A stretch of 38,665 bases of DNA from Verrucomicrobiales bacterium (GTDB lineage: Bacteria; Verrucomicrobiota; Verrucomicrobiia; Verrucomicrobiales; V1-33). The first letter of the stretch is position 1. Each line of letters starts with the position of its first letter. The notes under the pieces are model-generated. The model had not been told where the DNA came from and did not search any database. It saw nothing but the letters and a program-made list of their open reading frames with translations. The stretch is taken from assembly GCA_031411295.1 (NCBI GenBank), contig JANOAV010000130.1, positions 1 through 38,665 of the forward strand. Reading direction: 5' to 3'. Below, piece by piece: positions 35,798 through 38,665 of this stretch. The position numbers and the translations under genes were made by a program.

Positions 35798-36697
35798 CTA
35801 ACGCCGACGGCGTGCAGCGCAGCCGCCCAGTGTCAGGAGCCCCAGCATTGCCGCAGAAGGCTCCGGCACGCCTGTGACAGAGAAATTGGAAATCGTCCCT
35901 GAGCCTGGCAACGTATCGACGGAGAATGGATCTGCCTGAAAAATAGTTAGCGCAAACCCATTGAATTGATTTACTTTCCCGCCTGGCCAAGCATCCGTGG
36001 CATCGAAGGCCCCGGCCCCAGTTGTTTCGTTATAGCTAGGGATGGACATCGTGGCGGAACCAGCGGAATTCTCCCAGAGCACGTTGTAGGATAGGGTGCT
36101 GCTAGTTAGGCGTTCAACCGTGGTGGTAAACGTGTGCACATCACCTGCATGCCAGATCGGCAGGCCGATACCGGTGCCGTTGCTACCCGGAGCAAAGGCA
36201 TTTCCACCGATGGTGCCGCCGCCATTATTTAAGGCATTGGTGGCTCCGGTCACATTCGGATCGAAGCGCGCGCGCATCATGCCGGAATTCGGTCCAGTCT
36301 GATTTCCCAATACCACCAATTGAATCATCTCAGCCCCGGTAGCTCCCGCAGTGCTGTCGAACAGCGTGAAACGGAAGTCCGCACCCTGATCTGTGGGCAC
36401 GTCCTGCGCCAGAGTGAAATCAAATTTCACGACGGTCTTGTCGCCCACTTCCGTCATACGGGAAGCGAAGTTCGTGACGGCTTGCATATACATGTTAGTT
36501 CCAGTCGTGACATTCCAAGTGAAGGCCCCGCCAGCAGATGTAGCGCTGGCTACGCTGCCGGAGACTTGGTTCGGCGTGTCCGGGTTCATGGCCGTAAATA
36601 CGGTGTTGGACAGCACTGCCGCAGAGGTATGTGTGGTCGCCAGCATGGATAGGGCAGCCACGGCAAAAAAAGAAATTGAGGTAAAACGCAGATTCAT
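35798..36697 (-). CDS. PEP-CTERM sorting-domain protein
   Basis: Signal peptide from ATG 36697, S/T/G/N-rich passenger, C-terminus VPEPSAAMLGLLTLGGCAARRRR. Confidence 0.93.
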   Translation of the reverse strand: MNLRFTSISFFAVAALSMLATTHTSAAVLSNTVFTAMNPDTPNQVSGSVASATSAGGAFTWNVTTGTNMYMQAVTNFASRMTEVGDKTVVKFDFTLAQDVPTDQGADFRFTLFDSTAGATGAEMIQLVVLGNQTGPNSGMMRARFDPNVTGATNALNNGGGTIGGNAFAPGSNGTGIGLPIWHAGDVHTFTTTVERLTSSTLSYNVLWENSAGSATMSIPSYNETTGAGAFDATDAWPGGKVNQFNGFALTIFQADPFSVDTLPGSGTISNFSVTGVPEPSAAMLGLLTLGGCAARRRR

Positions 36698-36755
36698 ATT
36701 CCCTGTTTCTCGCAAAATGTGATCGTGCCTTCAATCTAATTTAGCTGTCAGTCCG

Positions 36756-36771
36756 TCGCACGATCGTGCCA
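36756..36771. promoter_or_regulatory. 7-2-7 palindromic box, copy 2 (TCGCACG-AT-CGTGCCA)
   Basis: Between divergent PEP-CTERM and response-regulator genes; 17 bp identical to 37595-37611; extra partial site GATCGTGCC at 36721-36729. Confidence 0.7.
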
Positions 36772-36896
36772 TCCAGCGACGTGAAAATGTTCTGGCGCAC
36801 CTACAATTCACACTGGCGTAATGGCAGCGCCACCCGCATTCTCGAATGGAAAATCAAGCCTCCTGCGCTACCTTCCTCAATTCCCCGCCGCTCCTC

Positions 36897-37556
36897 ATGC
36901 CTCCAAATTCAACCATCACTAACGTCTGGCTCGTGGAAGATAACGCCCTGTTCGGGCGCAGCGTGCAGCGCGTGGTCAACGGTCTGGAGGGCATGGCTTG
37001 TGAGGGCGGCTTCACCTCGGCGGAAGCCGCCTTTGCAGCACTGGCCCAGGTGCCCCCGCCGGATATCATTCTCCTGGATGTCCAACTCCCCGGCATGAAT
37101 GGCATCGAGGCGCTGGCCACATTTCGCAAACTCGCCCCGGAAGCCCGCGTTATCATACTAACGGTATTCGATGATCCGGATAAAATTTTCCGGGCCGTCT
37201 GTGCCGGAGCGTCCGGCTACATTTTGAAATCATCCGGCATCGAACAAATCGGCCAAGCCATCAAGCAAGTCGTCGAGGGTGGAGCCCCCATGACCCCAGA
37301 GATCGCGCAACGGGTGCTGGACACTTTTTCCCACAAGGAATCCAGCCAAACCAGCATCGATGACTATCAACTAACTGAACGGGAAATCGATATCCTCCGA
37401 CTGCTGGCCGACGGCCTGGTAAAAAAGGAAATCGCAGACCGCCTGGAAATCAGCGCGCACACGGTCTCTACTCATTTACGCCGCGTTTACAGCAAACTGC
37501 ATGTCAGCACTAACACCGGAGCAGTGGCGAAGGCATTGCGGGAGCGGATCATCTGA
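36897..37556 (+). CDS. NarL/LuxR-family DNA-binding response regulator (alternative start 36846)
   Basis: VWLVEDN, IILLDVQLPGMNG, GASGYILK, LTEREIDILRLLADGLVKKEIADRLEISAHTVSTHLRRVYSKL. Confidence 0.95.
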   Translation: MPPNSTITNVWLVEDNALFGRSVQRVVNGLEGMACEGGFTSAEAAFAALAQVPPPDIILLDVQLPGMNGIEALATFRKLAPEARVIILTVFDDPDKIFRAVCAGASGYILKSSGIEQIGQAIKQVVEGGAPMTPEIAQRVLDTFSHKESSQTSIDDYQLTEREIDILRLLADGLVKKEIADRLEISAHTVSTHLRRVYSKLHVSTNTGAVAKALRERII

Positions 37557-37595
37557 CACGCTGATTTACCCCGGATTCACTCATTGTGAATACTG

Positions 37596-37611
37596 TCGCA
37601 CGATCGTGCCA
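37596..37611. promoter_or_regulatory. 7-2-7 palindromic box, copy 3 (TCGCACG-AT-CGTGCCA)
   Basis: About 106 bp upstream of ATG 37718; preceded by inverted repeat ATTCAC-tcatt-GTGAAT (37575-37591). Confidence 0.7.
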
Positions 37612-37717
37612 CAGCCAGCCAATTGACCTGGGAATCGCTATTTTGCTATAACAGAGTCCTGCCGTCGCTATTTTTACACGAAGCGGGCCGACAACCTGAC
37701 ACCACTATTTCCCCCAC

Positions 37718-38525
37718 ATGAAACCACACACGACATTCAACAAGCGCGTCATCCGAGCCTTGGCTCTGCTCCTCGCCAGCACCGGGACAGCGTTGGCACA
37801 GATCAACAATTGGGATGGCGTTGGTGGTGCCACGGTCACAGGCTCCGATGGCTTGGTCTATGGGAAATGGACCGACAGCGCCAATTGGGACAACGGTGAT
37901 CCCTTTGGCTGGTCCAAGGATGACCGCGTTAGCCTGGTATCAGAAAACGGCGGACGGATCTGGATGGATCAGGAGTTCTGGGTCACGCCCTATGTAGCCA
38001 GTTCGAAACTGGGAGCTTTCGCTATCAGCGGAGGCACGCTCCAACTGCTCGACGGCGCAAGTCTCTACAAAACTCCACGTGTCGGTGACGGTGCCACTAG
38101 CACTAGCCCGGGCGTCGTGACCCAGACTGGAGGCACCCTTTACATGAATCGAGGGGAAATGCGCATTGGCACCAATATCAGGCTGGCAAGTTACGGGCTC
38201 TTCGACATCAGCGGCGGGGAGTTGTCCACCGCTGGCGGGCTCTATCCCGGAGGCAACATCGTGCTGGGATCCCGGTTCAATCAATTTTCCGACGGACCAA
38301 GCCGGGGCGAACTCAGGATCAGCGGCACGGCCGTAGTTAATTTGGCAAAACCCGTGGGCGCACCAGCGCAAGCACTGCTCTTCGGCTCCGGTCATGGGGA
38401 GTCTGGTAGTTCTGTGCTAACCATCATTGGTGCTAGTGCCACCGTCAATATCGATTCCCTCAGTATGGTGAACAACTATCCAAGCTACAACGCGGGGTTG
38501 ATCAATTTCCAGTTCGACCAAAGTG
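37718..38525 (+). pseudogene. Secreted G/T-rich beta-strand-repeat surface protein, interrupted at 38526 by an IS (not in the ORF track)
   Basis: Manual translation: MKPHTTFNKRVIRALALLLASTGTALA-QINNWDG...WTDSANW...ISGGTL...VTQTGGTL...FDISGGEL...LRISGTAVV...INFQFDQS, after which the sequence character changes. Confidence 0.75.
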
Positions 38526-38665
38526 CAATGCCTTTAAGGATTGGTGATGGTGATGGTTTTGACGAGCGGTTGGGAGCTGGGGATTTTGGTTTTGGGCCAG
38601 GCTTTGACGGGTTGGCGCAGGGTGCGGGGACAGCTCCTCGGCGGGCGTTCCTTGATCAGGGCGGC
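38526..38665 (-). mobile_element. Right end of an IS4-family-like element with the transposase C-terminus (stop at 38534-38536)
   Basis: Minus strand reads AALIKERPPRSCPRTLRQPVKAWPKTKIPSSQPLVKTITITNP* then AGGCATTG; the terminus CAATGCC resembles IS4-type TIRs and the R..RSCPR tail is typical of IS4 transposases. Confidence 0.7.

Noticed and set aside
36755..37611. 17-bp direct repeats as att sites or target duplication flanking the regulator
   Set aside because: No integrase or transposase between them, the repeat is palindromic, and related copies occur at 32121 and 36721; an operator fits better, though the repeats could allow deletion.
1..38665. CRISPR arrays, tRNA/rRNA, riboswitches, defence or phage genes
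   Set aside because: No regularly spaced repeats or recognisable RNA motifs by eye; intergenic gaps are short. An Infernal/Rfam scan would be needed to exclude ncRNAs.

Overview
GC-rich bacterial DNA, most likely Verrucomicrobiota. This is inferred from a PEP-CTERM protein, a PVC-type c-heme protein, a sulfatase expansion, a DUF6288-like protein and C-rich leaders without Shine-Dalgarno motifs. Bases 1-29 kb are a mostly + strand cluster of secreted enzymes: PhoD, six Cys-type sulfatases, a bicupin, two uncharacterised glycan-active-looking proteins, a CxxCH beta-propeller protein, a CotH/lamin-tail surface protein, a GntR-type regulator, DUF1080 and a PDZ/HEAT protein. Two short scars of deleted sulfatase genes lie among them. 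ftsK follows and carries an exact (TTAGGG)4 tract in its linker, then a GTAG-type REP doublet. The last 6.5 kb holds a GH99/71-like hydrolase, a sensor kinase with two tandem discoidin-like ectodomains, a PEP-CTERM gene, a NarL-type regulator and a secreted beta-rich protein cut by an IS4-like element. A shared 7-2-7 palindrome (TCGCACG-AT-CGTGCGA consensus) lies upstream of each transcription unit of this module, suggesting a self-contained glycan-sensing regulon. All family calls come from motif recognition by eye; no database searches were run.
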